This document shows, one piece after another, positions 1 through 7,849 of a stretch of DNA of 19,424 nt. The notes beneath the pieces are model-generated. The model worked only from the letters and a program-made list of their open reading frames with translations. It did not search any database and had not been told where the DNA came from. Position 1 is the first letter of the stretch; every line of letters begins with the position of its first letter. The stretch lies in the NCBI GenBank assembly GCA_030614005.1, contig JAUWKS010000059.1:1-19424 (forward strand). The letters run 5' to 3'. Source of the DNA: Candidatus Heimdallarchaeota archaeon (GTDB taxonomy: Archaea; Asgardarchaeota; Heimdallarchaeia; JABLTI01). Position numbers and translations under genes: made by a program.

Positions 1-1
1 A

Positions 2-322
2 ACCAAACTATGCACTTACTGTATGGCAAAGGAGAACAGAACTCTCTCTGAACGAACTATTAGTTGTGATTGTGGGCTAGTAATAGATCGAGACACAAGT
101 AGTGCAGGAACACAAATGCAGCGCTTCCTCGCTCTGCTAGCCCTATCACAGAAACGCCTTGTGGTCAGGCAACGACTCTTGAAAGATATTCGAGTCTTTC
201 GCGAGAAGTTTTTTAGCGACATACAGCCAAACGTCAAACGAAAGTTCCTCCAGAATGATTCTGGAGTTGGGCGGACTCGCAGAGAATCAAAAGTTAACAC
301 CAACTCTTTAAGAGAGCGTTAA
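2..322 (+). CDS. tnpB: TnpB-like RNA-guided nuclease (IS200/IS605-family OrfB), C-terminal fragment; the 5' part lies outside the window
   Basis: Frame 2 is open from base 2. The translation TKLCTYC...LSERTISCDCGLVIDRDTSS matches the TnpB C-terminal signature SKxCxxCG...LSxRxxxCxxCGxxxDRDxNAA (CxxC/CxC zinc finger, then the RuvC-III DRD aspartate). The NAAxNI part is divergent (SSAGTQM), and the ORF tail after the motif may not all be coding. Confidence 0.6.
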   Translation, partial: TKLCTYCMAKENRTLSERTISCDCGLVIDRDTSSAGTQMQRFLALLALSQKRLVVRQRLLKDIRVFREKFFSDIQPNVKRKFLQNDSGVGRTRRESKVNTNSLRER

Positions 323-334
323 CCAAGATAGACC
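100..334 (+). mobile_element. Right-end region of the IS200/IS605-type element; candidate omega-RNA (reRNA) scaffold overlapping the tnpB 3' end
   Basis: GC is locally elevated: my hand counts of the three 60-nt lines 121-300 give about 57%, 42% and 45%, versus roughly 20-40% in most of the window. There is a perfect 7-bp hairpin, ctccaga(248-254)/tctggag(260-266), with a 5-nt loop. The palindromic gttaac is duplicated at 293-298 and 318-323. The element must end between the tnpB stop (320-322) and the resumption of iorA homology (about 332-335). Confidence 0.4.
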
Positions 335-826
335 ATGGATAATGGTATAACAGCAATGACTGGCCATCAACCAAATCCCAACACAGGAACGAAATCTCGT
401 GGGGCACGCTTACCACCAAAGTACAAGGATACTGAAACAATTAGTATTGATGATACACTGAAAGCATGGGGTGTAAAATTCATTCGCAGGGTTCCGGCTT
501 ATAATGTTCCAGCTCTTGTCGAAGCTTTAGAAGAAGCGTTTGCACAAGATGAATTCGCGGTAGTTATACAAGAAGAACCGTGTGCATTGATGCGTTCTAA
601 AGCTGAACGCAAAGCAGGTAATTTAGCAAATCCATATTTCATCGATCATGATATTTGTCGTAATATCCAAAATTGCCTTGCAGATTTTGCTTGCCCGGCA
701 ATTGAAAAGAAAGGTGAAAAACCTGAAATCAATACTGATTTGTGTATCGGGTGTGGTTGCTGTGTTCAAACTTGTCCTTTAAAGAGCAAACCTATCAAAC
801 AATTGGAGGAATTCACACGAATTTAG
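335..826 (+). pseudogene. iorA: Indolepyruvate:ferredoxin oxidoreductase alpha subunit, C-terminal third only (5'-truncated by the upstream element)
   Basis: DNGITAMTGHQPNPNTG matches the conserved LDNxxTAMTGHQPxPGTG block that lies well inside full-length IorA (roughly 600 aa). The C-terminus carries two Cys clusters (CxxxxxCxxxxxCP and CIGCGCCVQTCP) typical of the IorA ferredoxin-like domain. The frame is closed by TAG at 329-331, so only 163 codons remain. Confidence 0.75.
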
Positions 827-838
827 GAGAGATGAGCT

Positions 839-1446
839 ATGGTTAACAAGAAATTGAAAGTTCACGTAACAGGAATGGGCGTCAAGGTATTGGTTCTACC
901 ACCAGAGTTTTAGCTACAGCAGCCCAAGTTGCTAATCTAACCGTAATGACAATGGAAACCCATGGATTAGCTCAAAGAGGTGGAGTAGTAGTTTCTGATT
1001 TAGCAATAGGGTATGATCCAACAGAGTCGCCTCAATGTGCAGAAGGAGAAGCAGATGTTCTCATTGCTCTTGAAGCTCTTGAATCACTACGCTCAATGCC
1101 CAAATTAAGAAAGAATGGAATAGTAGTTGTAAATACTACAACTTACCAACCATTAGCAGTGAGGCATTCAAAAGGGGAAATAAAATATCCCACACTAAAA
1201 GCAATTGAAGCAGAATTGAAACGTGTTACTCCAAATGTTCTTTTGGTACCCGCACAAATTGACGCCCGAGAGCTTGGTGTTAGTCAAACGATGAATATGA
1301 TCCTCATAGGAGCATTAGCAGCCAATACAGACATTTTGCCCTTTACCAAAGAGCAGATAATAGAGGGTATGACTTCTATTCTCCCTCCGAAATATCTTGA
1401 TGTAAATATTAAGGCATTTGAAAAAGGATTAAGCTACAAAATCTAA
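839..1446 (+). pseudogene. iorB: Indolepyruvate:ferredoxin oxidoreductase beta subunit carrying a 1-nt deletion frameshift near 881
   Basis: ATG 839 (frame 2) gives MVNKKLKVHVTGMG and then runs into a stop at 911-913. Frame 1 from 880 gives (G)RQGIGSTTRVLATAAQVANLTVMTMETHGLAQRGG... through to 1446. Joined, these recreate the canonical IorB N-terminus xxVTGMGGQGIGSTTRxLAxAA...E(T)HG(L)AQRGG. One base is missing in ggc-g_t-caa at 878-885. Confidence 0.7.
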
Positions 1447-1465
1447 AGAATAGCTTAGTGAATCC

Positions 1466-1484
1466 TTTTTTCTTCTTTTTATTT
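1466..1484 (+). terminator. Oligo-T tract (archaeal-type terminator) after iorB
   Basis: The tract ttttttcttctttttattt lies 20 nt after the iorB stop. Confidence 0.3.
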
Positions 1485-1533
1485 CTATTGCAAATTTTAA
1501 TATGTAAGCGCTATTAGTGATGTGTGATAGATT

Positions 1534-2025
1534 ATGAAGGGTATGCGAAGAAAAGAAAAAGCAATAACCGATATTGATGAAATGAAAAAAATCATTACAC
1601 AAGTTGAGCATATTACTTTTGCTCTGTGTAAAGATAATGAACCATATCTTGTTACAGTTAGTCATGGATATGATCCCGAAAAAAATTGCATTTATTTCCA
1701 CTGTGCAACTGAAGGAAAAAAGATTGATATCCTAAAAGAAAACAATGTTGTCTGGGGGCAAGCATTAATCGATAAGGGTTATATCCAAGGAAGTTGTGAT
1801 CACTTATTTGCTACTGTGCAATTTCGAGGTACGGTTACTTTTGTGGATAACTTTGATGAGAAGAAGGAAGCACTACTAAATATGGTACGTAAATTAGATA
1901 ATAATCCAGAAGAAGTTGCTGCAAAACAACTTACAGAGAAAGCAATATCTCGAGTAGCTATTGGCCGGATAGATATCAATTACCTTAGTGGAAAGGAAGC
2001 AAAAAAAGCAGTTATTAGCTTATAG
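1534..2025 (+). CDS. Pyridoxamine 5'-phosphate oxidase-like (split-barrel FMN-binding) family protein
   Basis: 163-aa ORF. The N-terminal MRRKEKAITDxxEMxxI, then PYLVTVSHGYD...IYFHCATEGKKIDILKENNVV, is the pattern of Pyridox_ox_2-type flavoproteins. A TATA-like ttttaatat at 1495-1503 lies about 30 nt upstream. Confidence 0.7.
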   Translation: MKGMRRKEKAITDIDEMKKIITQVEHITFALCKDNEPYLVTVSHGYDPEKNCIYFHCATEGKKIDILKENNVVWGQALIDKGYIQGSCDHLFATVQFRGTVTFVDNFDEKKEALLNMVRKLDNNPEEVAAKQLTEKAISRVAIGRIDINYLSGKEAKKAVISL

Positions 2026-2045
2026 TGAAATTAAGAAAAGAAGAA

Positions 2046-3134
2046 TTAGAATGGAAACTCATACTGAGTTAACCCTAATTCTTTCTGCATGAAAAGCAAG
2101 TCATTTTGTAAGCTTTTGTTGAGTGGGACACCAGTTTTCTTTATTTTCTTCTCTATCTCAAATTCTTTTTCACCAGCAGTATAAATGCGGTCTTGACCTG
2201 GTGCTTTTTTGGAATTTCTTAATGAGCGGCAAATATCACCAGCAATTTTCTTGAAAACATCTAATGAAATGATTTTTGAGATGTCGATTACGAAGAAGAA
2301 ATGACCAATTTTGTAACCCTTTTCAAGAGTCAGATCTTTCAGAAATGGTCCATTTGAAAACGCAGCTGAAAGTATTTCCACAAGAGCAGCATAACCGTAT
2401 CCTTTGTGCCCACCTAGAGTTTCTCCAGCGCCACCTAAAGGTAACAGTGCAGCTTTCCCTTCTTTCAAATCCTTCAGAATCTTCACAGTATCTGATGCCA
2501 AGCTTCCATCTTCATTTATTACCCAACCTTCAGGTGCAGGTGTTTCTGTTCTCGAGAGAACTTCTATCTTTCCTCTTTGTGTTATTGAAGTAGCACAATC
2601 AATTACGAATGGAAATTCTTCGTCAGTTGGTAAGCCGAATGTTAATGGATTTGTACCCATCATTGGTTCTATCCCAAAAGTTGGTGCAATAGATGGTCTT
2701 GCATTTGTTACTGCCATACCAAGCATGCCTTCCTTTATTGCCATCAATGGATAATAACCTGCTATTCCATAATGAGTTGAATTACCAACTGCAACTGCTG
2801 CAGAGCCTGTTTCTTTGGCTTTCTTAATGGCAATCTCCATTGCTTTGAATGCTGCAACGTGACCCATTCCATGACCACCATCAATTAGGGCAGTTGAAGG
2901 AGCTTCACTCAGAATTTTTATTTCAGTAATGGGTTTTTGAATGCCGGCTGTTACTCGATCATAATACATTTTTAATCGCTGAACACCATGAGAAGTTATA
3001 CCTCGAAGGTCAGAGATAATTAAAATTTCAGCACAAATCTTCGCATCATCTTCAGGAACACCTATTCCTTTGAATACATCAATCATAAAATCCTCTAATA
3101 TTTTGTAGTCCAAATAAGCGATATTATCAGTCAA
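2046..3134 (-). CDS. Ldh_2-family (malate / L-lactate / L-sulfolactate type) NAD(P)-dependent 2-hydroxyacid dehydrogenase
   Basis: 362-aa ORF. GVPEDDAKICAEILIISDLRGITSHGVQRLKMYYDRV, GHGMGHVAAFKAMEIAIKKAKETGSAAVAVGNSTHYGIAGYY and PLGGxxxxxGGHKGYG are hallmark blocks of the Ldh_2 family. TTG start at 3134-3132, with TAG immediately upstream in frame and GGAG 12 nt upstream. Confidence 0.8.
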   Translation of the reverse strand: MTDNIAYLDYKILEDFMIDVFKGIGVPEDDAKICAEILIISDLRGITSHGVQRLKMYYDRVTAGIQKPITEIKILSEAPSTALIDGGHGMGHVAAFKAMEIAIKKAKETGSAAVAVGNSTHYGIAGYYPLMAIKEGMLGMAVTNARPSIAPTFGIEPMMGTNPLTFGLPTDEEFPFVIDCATSITQRGKIEVLSRTETPAPEGWVINEDGSLASDTVKILKDLKEGKAALLPLGGAGETLGGHKGYGYAALVEILSAAFSNGPFLKDLTLEKGYKIGHFFFVIDISKIISLDVFKKIAGDICRSLRNSKKAPGQDRIYTAGEKEFEIEKKIKKTGVPLNKSLQNDLLFMQKELGLTQYEFPF

Positions 3135-3329
3135 CTAACATTTCTCCATTTAATGGTTAATGAGATACTTCTTCTACAAAAAAAACTTTCTTGTAGTCAA
3201 GCAATCCAACTGTTCTTCTATTTTTTGACTTTCAAGAGCAAATGGTTTATTACAGACTTCAATGTATGATTTTTATAATTCAAAAATGAATATCCATTAG
3301 AAAGATACTAGAAGAAAGTTTGATGGGAA

Positions 3330-5474
3330 TTGACAGATTATCTTTGTATTTCAGAGAAGCCAACTGCTGCAAAAAGAATAGCAACAGCTCTAGATGAAAA
3401 AGGCAAACCTAAGAAATTACCCGTTCCAAGAAATTTCGGAAAAATACCTGTTTGGGAAAGTATGAGAAAGGGTGATAGAATCGTTACTATCCCTGCTCTT
3501 GGTCATTTATATTCTACCGTTGAAGATTCTGCAGGTGGGTGGCATTATCCTGCTTTTAGTTACAAATGGACACCATCTTATCTTGCCAATGAGAAAAATA
3601 AAACTAGACCATTTATTCTTGCCTTCAAGAAATTTGGTAAAGAGATTTCAAATGTAATAATTGCTACAGATTATGATCTTGAGGGTGAGGTTATTGGTGC
3701 AACTATTGCTAAATTTGCTTGTGGTCAAGATTTAGCAAACGTTAAACGCATGAGATTTTCAACCTTAACGAAAAGCGATATAGTAAACTCATTCGAACAT
3801 CGTGATCCAACTGTAAACATCAATTTGGTTAATGCTGGTTTTGCCCGGCATGAAATCGATTGGCTTTTTGGTATAAACCTCACTCGAGCACTTACTTTGT
3901 CAATTAAGCATGCAACAGGTCGATACAAACTCATTACTACTGGCAGAGTACAAGGGCCTACTTTGCGCTTTGTTGCAGACAGAGAACGAGATATTCAAAC
4001 TTTTGTTCCAATCCCACGATGGGTTATTGATGCAAAAATAGACTTAGACGGTGATGAAATTTTTATTGAATATAACAAGAAATTTCTATCATCCCTAAAA
4101 GAAGCTGAAAAAGTGGTTGTTGAAACTGCAGGTCGTGATGGAATAGTTAAAGAAATTGGGTCCAGAAAAATAACTCAAAAACCCCCTTCTCCTTTCAATT
4201 TAGGAACTTTGCAATCTGAAGCTTACCGACATTTTGGTTACACTCCAAGTAGAACATTACGTGCTGCTGAAACATTGTATTTGAATGCGCTAATTTCTTA
4301 TCCTAGAACAAGTAGTCAACAATTTACTTCTGCAATCAATCACAGAGATATTCTAACTCAACTAACTAAAAGTGATCCATATAGAATCCGAGCAAACAAG
4401 CTCTTATCCAAAAGTAAAATACAACCAACTTTTGGCAAAAAGAAAGATCCAGCTCATCCCCCAATTCATCCAACAGGCAAAAAATTAGCCGGGAATTTAC
4501 GAAACGAAGAGAGAAATCTTTACAACTTAATTGTTTGTCGGTATTTGGCAATCTTTGGCGAACCATCAATCAAAAATGGCCTTCGATTAGATCTTGATAT
4601 TAATGGACATATTTTCTACTTTCGTGGTATGAAGGTACTCAAAAAAGGGTGGCTTGAATTTTATGCTCCTTTTGGAAGAGTTGATGAAGTTGAACTTCCA
4701 GATTTAGCTGTTGGAGATGTAGTGAAACTTGCATATATTAATCACAAACAAAGTTATACTCAACCACCAGCAAGATACAATCCTAACTCCCTTCTAAAGA
4801 AGATGGAAGAGCAAGAATTGGGAACAAAAGCTACTCGAGCAAGTACCATTGATATATTATACAATAGAGGATACATGGAAGATGAGAGCATCAATGCAAC
4901 GGATTTAGGATTCGCAGTGATAGATACTCTCGAGAAAAATTCACCTGATATTATTTCCATTGAATTAACCAGAAAACTTCAAAGGGAAATAGAAAACATT
5001 CAAACTGGAAAAAAAACTCGAGAAGCTGTTTTGATGGAATCCATAGTACAATTAAAGGATATTCTAGAAAAATTCCATAAAAGAGAGAAAATAATTGGCA
5101 TTACTTTACAAGAACAAGTTCAAAACTTGAAGCAAAGACAACGTATTCTTGGTAAATGTCCAAAGTGTAAACAGGGAGAATTAATAATTACCCGTTCAAT
5201 TCGAACGAAAAAGCGTTTTGTGGGTTGCACGGGGTTTTACAAAAAGCAATGTGATTGGAGTGCACCTATCCCACAGAAAGGTTACGCTGCACCTGCAAAG
5301 AAAAATTGTAAACATTGTGGATTCCCCATGCTTACTATTAGGAGAAAAGGAAAAAGACCATTTACTATTTGTCCAAATTGGCTAAATTGTCCAGGAACAC
5401 CTGATGAAGTCATTGATAATTACCGAAACAATAAAGCTGGAGCTTTAGATGTTTTTGTTGAGGAGGAGACATAA
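3330..5474 (+). CDS. topA: DNA topoisomerase, type IA (archaeal TopA/Topo III-like) with two C-terminal zinc ribbons
   Basis: Toprim motifs ISEKPTAAKRIA (Glu) and ATDYDLEGE (DxD). Active-site tyrosine context LISYPRTSSQ. C-terminal CPKCx(n)CTGFxxxxC and CKHCx(n)CPNWLNC zinc ribbons. TTG start is forced, since in-frame TGA at 3321-3323 lies two codons upstream. Confidence 0.9.
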   Translation: MTDYLCISEKPTAAKRIATALDEKGKPKKLPVPRNFGKIPVWESMRKGDRIVTIPALGHLYSTVEDSAGGWHYPAFSYKWTPSYLANEKNKTRPFILAFKKFGKEISNVIIATDYDLEGEVIGATIAKFACGQDLANVKRMRFSTLTKSDIVNSFEHRDPTVNINLVNAGFARHEIDWLFGINLTRALTLSIKHATGRYKLITTGRVQGPTLRFVADRERDIQTFVPIPRWVIDAKIDLDGDEIFIEYNKKFLSSLKEAEKVVVETAGRDGIVKEIGSRKITQKPPSPFNLGTLQSEAYRHFGYTPSRTLRAAETLYLNALISYPRTSSQQFTSAINHRDILTQLTKSDPYRIRANKLLSKSKIQPTFGKKKDPAHPPIHPTGKKLAGNLRNEERNLYNLIVCRYLAIFGEPSIKNGLRLDLDINGHIFYFRGMKVLKKGWLEFYAPFGRVDEVELPDLAVGDVVKLAYINHKQSYTQPPARYNPNSLLKKMEEQELGTKATRASTIDILYNRGYMEDESINATDLGFAVIDTLEKNSPDIISIELTRKLQREIENIQTGKKTREAVLMESIVQLKDILEKFHKREKIIGITLQEQVQNLKQRQRILGKCPKCKQGELIITRSIRTKKRFVGCTGFYKKQCDWSAPIPQKGYAAPAKKNCKHCGFPMLTIRRKGKRPFTICPNWLNCPGTPDEVIDNYRNNKAGALDVFVEEET

Positions 5475-5702
5475 ATGGTTAAATGCGTTGTTTGTCAATC
5501 GACCATCGAAAAAGGAGAATACTGCGATGCACATACTATAGCAAAAAATAATCTTGAGAAACGATTTAGCGATTGGCAAAAAGCGTATGAAAAAATGTCT
5601 TGGAAAGAATATCTCACTAGAATTAGTGATGATGCCGACATACCTGTTGGTGAGTGGGCAAAAGAAGTAGCAATCTATTTACTAGAACAAAATAAAAAAT
5701 AA
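5475..5702 (+). CDS. Small (75 aa) zinc-ribbon/knuckle protein, function unknown, translationally coupled to topA
   Basis: The ATG follows the topA TAA directly (5472-5477 taaatg), and GAGGAGGAG at 5461-5469 acts as an SD. N-terminal CVVCx9CDAH metal-binding pattern followed by a helical, W/E/K-rich tail. Confidence 0.55.
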   Translation: MVKCVVCQSTIEKGEYCDAHTIAKNNLEKRFSDWQKAYEKMSWKEYLTRISDDADIPVGEWAKEVAIYLLEQNKK

Positions 5703-5733
5703 TTTAAATATCATCAAAGGTTCGGGTTACAGT

Positions 5734-6693
5734 ATGAAGAAGACGACTCTTGGTTTTGGGCAAGTTCTATGGGATTTGACAGTTGAAGTAGATTATCCAT
5801 TTTTACAAGATGTGGATATTGAAAAAGGTGGACATAAGAGGGTTGAATACGAGGTTATTATTGATATAATCAAACGATTGGAAAAAACACCAGATACGAC
5901 GATTTTTAAAAACCCCGGAGGATGTGCGGCCAATATTATGTCCAATTTAGCTAAATTGGGTTCAAATGCGTCCTTTTGTGGTAAACATGGAGATGATGAA
6001 GATGGTTGGCAGTATATGCAAATCTTAAAAGAAGAAGGAGTAAAACCTATCAGTATTTTAGATAAAGAAAAAGCAACCGGACAACTCTTTTCCCTTATCA
6101 CACCAGATAAGGATCGAACATTTATTGTTCATTGGGGAGCTTCCGAAACTTTGCTTGCAGATTCGGTTAGTGAAAAAATTATCAGCAATGCAGATATAAG
6201 CCATCTTGAAGGGTACCTAGTAATTAACTCACAAGATGTTTTATGGAAGATTTTCGAGAATGCTCAAAAAACAACCTTCGATCTTGCAGCACATTCCGTT
6301 ATTGAACAAACATTACCCACACTCCAAAAAATGATGAAGAAGTATCCCCCATACATCTTATTTGCTAATCAATTTGAAGGAAAAGCGTTCACAAAGCTAG
6401 AAGAGCCCGAAGAGGTTCTTGATAAGATGTTGGAATTTTCTGAAAATGCAGTATTAACACTCGGGGAGAATGGAACACTCGTGAAAACAGCTTCTGGTGA
6501 AGAACATTTCCAAGAAGCAATACCGACAACTGTTATTGATACAACAGGAGCAGGAGATGCATTTATTGCCGGATTCCTTCATGAGTTTTTGAAAGATGGA
6601 GATATTCAAAAAGCAGCTAAACTTGGAACACAGGCTGCTAGCTGCACTATCAAAGAAATGGGTGCACGATCATTTCAGAAAGAGAGACTATAA
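5734..6693 (+). CDS. PfkB-family carbohydrate/nucleoside kinase (ribokinase/adenosine-kinase-like)
   Basis: 319-aa ORF. N-terminal GGCAANIMSNLAKLGSNASFCGKHGDDEDG (first PfkB signature region) and C-terminal DTTGAGDAFIAGFL (second PfkB signature with the catalytic Asp). Confidence 0.8.
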   Translation: MKKTTLGFGQVLWDLTVEVDYPFLQDVDIEKGGHKRVEYEVIIDIIKRLEKTPDTTIFKNPGGCAANIMSNLAKLGSNASFCGKHGDDEDGWQYMQILKEEGVKPISILDKEKATGQLFSLITPDKDRTFIVHWGASETLLADSVSEKIISNADISHLEGYLVINSQDVLWKIFENAQKTTFDLAAHSVIEQTLPTLQKMMKKYPPYILFANQFEGKAFTKLEEPEEVLDKMLEFSENAVLTLGENGTLVKTASGEEHFQEAIPTTVIDTTGAGDAFIAGFLHEFLKDGDIQKAAKLGTQAASCTIKEMGARSFQKERL

Positions 6694-6873
6694 CGACGAT
6701 ACAAGTTTACTTATTAATGAATCAGGTTGGGCCGAAGATGAACACTTAATCCTACTTGTTGATGTGCCTTCTACAGGAGGTAAAGCTATTCGTTATGCCA
6801 TGTATGAAGTCAAAAGCTGTACAGGTGATAATTGGTATTTCTATGAAGATAGTTCCAGCAGTGTAGATCCAGT
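6687..6873 (+). pseudogene. Orphan partial copy (about 62 codons) of the mature N-terminal region of the 7026-7715 gene; lacks start codon and signal sequence
   Basis: 187-bp direct repeat of 7126-7312 (offset 439 nt) with 9 mismatches by my alignment, about 95% identity. It reads YNDDTSLLINESGWAEDEHLILLVDVPSTGGKAIRYAMYEVKSCTGDNWYFYEDSSSSVDPV. It begins 4 nt before the kinase stop codon and is in a different frame from the kinase. Confidence 0.8.
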
Positions 6874-6963
6874 AATAAACTAACATTAATTCTCTTCTTT
6901 TTGAATAAGAATATTTACCGAGGTTGAATAAATAAATCGACAATAATTCAAAACGGAGAAATG

Positions 6964-6971
6964 TTTAAATA
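6964..6971 (+). promoter_or_regulatory. TATA box candidate (tttaaata) for the 7026 gene
   Basis: Matches the archaeal TTTAWATA consensus with a purine-rich BRE-like ggagaaa just upstream. It lies about 55 nt before the ATG at 7026, which is itself preceded by the SD-like aaaagga. Confidence 0.4.
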
Positions 6972-7025
6972 TCTTTTTGAACTGTTTTTTTTTCAAGTAA
7001 TTATTTCTCGAAAAGGAATAATTTA

Positions 7026-7715
7026 ATGGAATGTTTTAATTTGAGAGAAAAGAAAAAAACAGCTAGTTTATTAGTTATTATTTCTATATTAGGAGCAGGA
7101 TTAATCATTAATTCTTCCAACGCTTACTATAACGACGATACAAGTTTACTTATTAATGGATCAGGTTGGGCTCAAGATGAACACTTAATCCTACTTGTTG
7201 ATGTGCCTTCTACTGGAGGTAAAGCTATTCGTTATGCCATGTATGAAGTCATAACTTGTACAGGCGATAATTGGTATTTCTATGAAGATAGTTCCAGTAG
7301 TGTAGATCCAGTTTATCTTCATCTTAATTGGTATGATTATATTATTATTGTAGGTTCAGATTCAAGCAACAATGGTAATATGGATGAATTTTCTTTAACT
7401 ATGACAGTATATGACAGTGGTTCTAGTTATTCTACATACAAGTCATATAATTTTGGAGACAGTGCAGGAAATGATTTCTACGTAGGAATATGGCAGTTTC
7501 AAGATTGTGGACAATTGAAATTTGGTAATAGTGGAAAAGTTGTTGCTAAATGGGAAGATGATGGAGATCATGGTGCAACTTGGCCAGGTGTATTTACAGA
7601 TTCGGATTGGTCAGGGATATGGGGTTATTTGGACGATTATTACAATAGTGCAAATGAACATAAAATTGAAGATTTACTTGCTTATTATACATTCCCAGAT
7701 CCATATCCAAACTAA
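7026..7715 (+). CDS. Exported or N-terminally anchored protein of unknown family (D/Y/W/G/S-rich)
   Basis: 229-aa ORF. N-terminal REKKKTASLLVIISILGAGLIINSSNA is a signal peptide or signal anchor. No cytoplasmic-enzyme motifs; composition is aromatic plus acidic. Confidence 0.7.
   Translation: MECFNLREKKKTASLLVIISILGAGLIINSSNAYYNDDTSLLINGSGWAQDEHLILLVDVPSTGGKAIRYAMYEVITCTGDNWYFYEDSSSSVDPVYLHLNWYDYIIIVGSDSSNNGNMDEFSLTMTVYDSGSSYSTYKSYNFGDSAGNDFYVGIWQFQDCGQLKFGNSGKVVAKWEDDGDHGATWPGVFTDSDWSGIWGYLDDYYNSANEHKIEDLLAYYTFPDPYPN
7126..7312 (+). repeat. Expressed-gene copy of the 187-bp repeat shared with 6687-6873
   Basis: See 6687-6873. This copy starts exactly at the predicted mature N-terminus (A|YYNDD) of the 229-aa protein. 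Confidence 0.8.
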
Positions 7716-7730
7716 GGAGAAAATCTCGAA

Positions 7731-7752
7731 TTTTTTCCTTTTCTATTTTTTT
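7731..7752 (+). terminator. Oligo-T tracts after the 7026-7715 gene
   Basis: The tract ttttttccttttctattttttt lies 16 nt after the stop codon. Confidence 0.35.
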
Positions 7753-7849
7753 AAAGAGATGGATAAAATATTGAAAAATTCCGAGTTCAACAAAAAAAAT
7801 ATATGAAAAGAAAATTAATATATTTAAAGATTGAGAGGGTAATTAATTA

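Noticed and set aside
2276-2754. Plus-strand ORFs of 105 aa and 116 aa, and similar antisense or overlapping ORFs at 16-303, 1429-1701, 3472-3934, 4366-4960, 5793-6101, 10770-10952, 12275-13891, 14221-17838 and 18167-18967
   Set aside because: All lie within or antisense to well-supported CDSs. Their composition is low-complexity or biased, typical of the shadow frame of AT-rich genes, and none has a recognisable motif.
6596-6883. The 95-aa ORF as a genuine gene, or as a +1 frameshift extension of the PfkB kinase
   Set aside because: Its first ~30 codons are an out-of-frame read of the kinase 3' end. Only the part that duplicates 7126-7312 looks protein-like. There is no slippery sequence or SD, and it is best explained as a gene fragment.
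6687-7312. The 187-bp repeat pair as template/variable repeats of a diversity-generating retroelement
   Set aside because: The 9 mismatches are not adenine-specific (they include C/T, G/C and T/C changes). No reverse transcriptase gene is present in the window. The repeat lies at the N-terminal rather than the C-terminal end of the target protein.
7522-7806. The 94-aa plus-strand ORF spanning the 3' end of the 229-aa gene and the intergenic region
   Set aside because: It is out of frame with a better-supported gene, runs across the oligo-T terminator tract, and has no start context.
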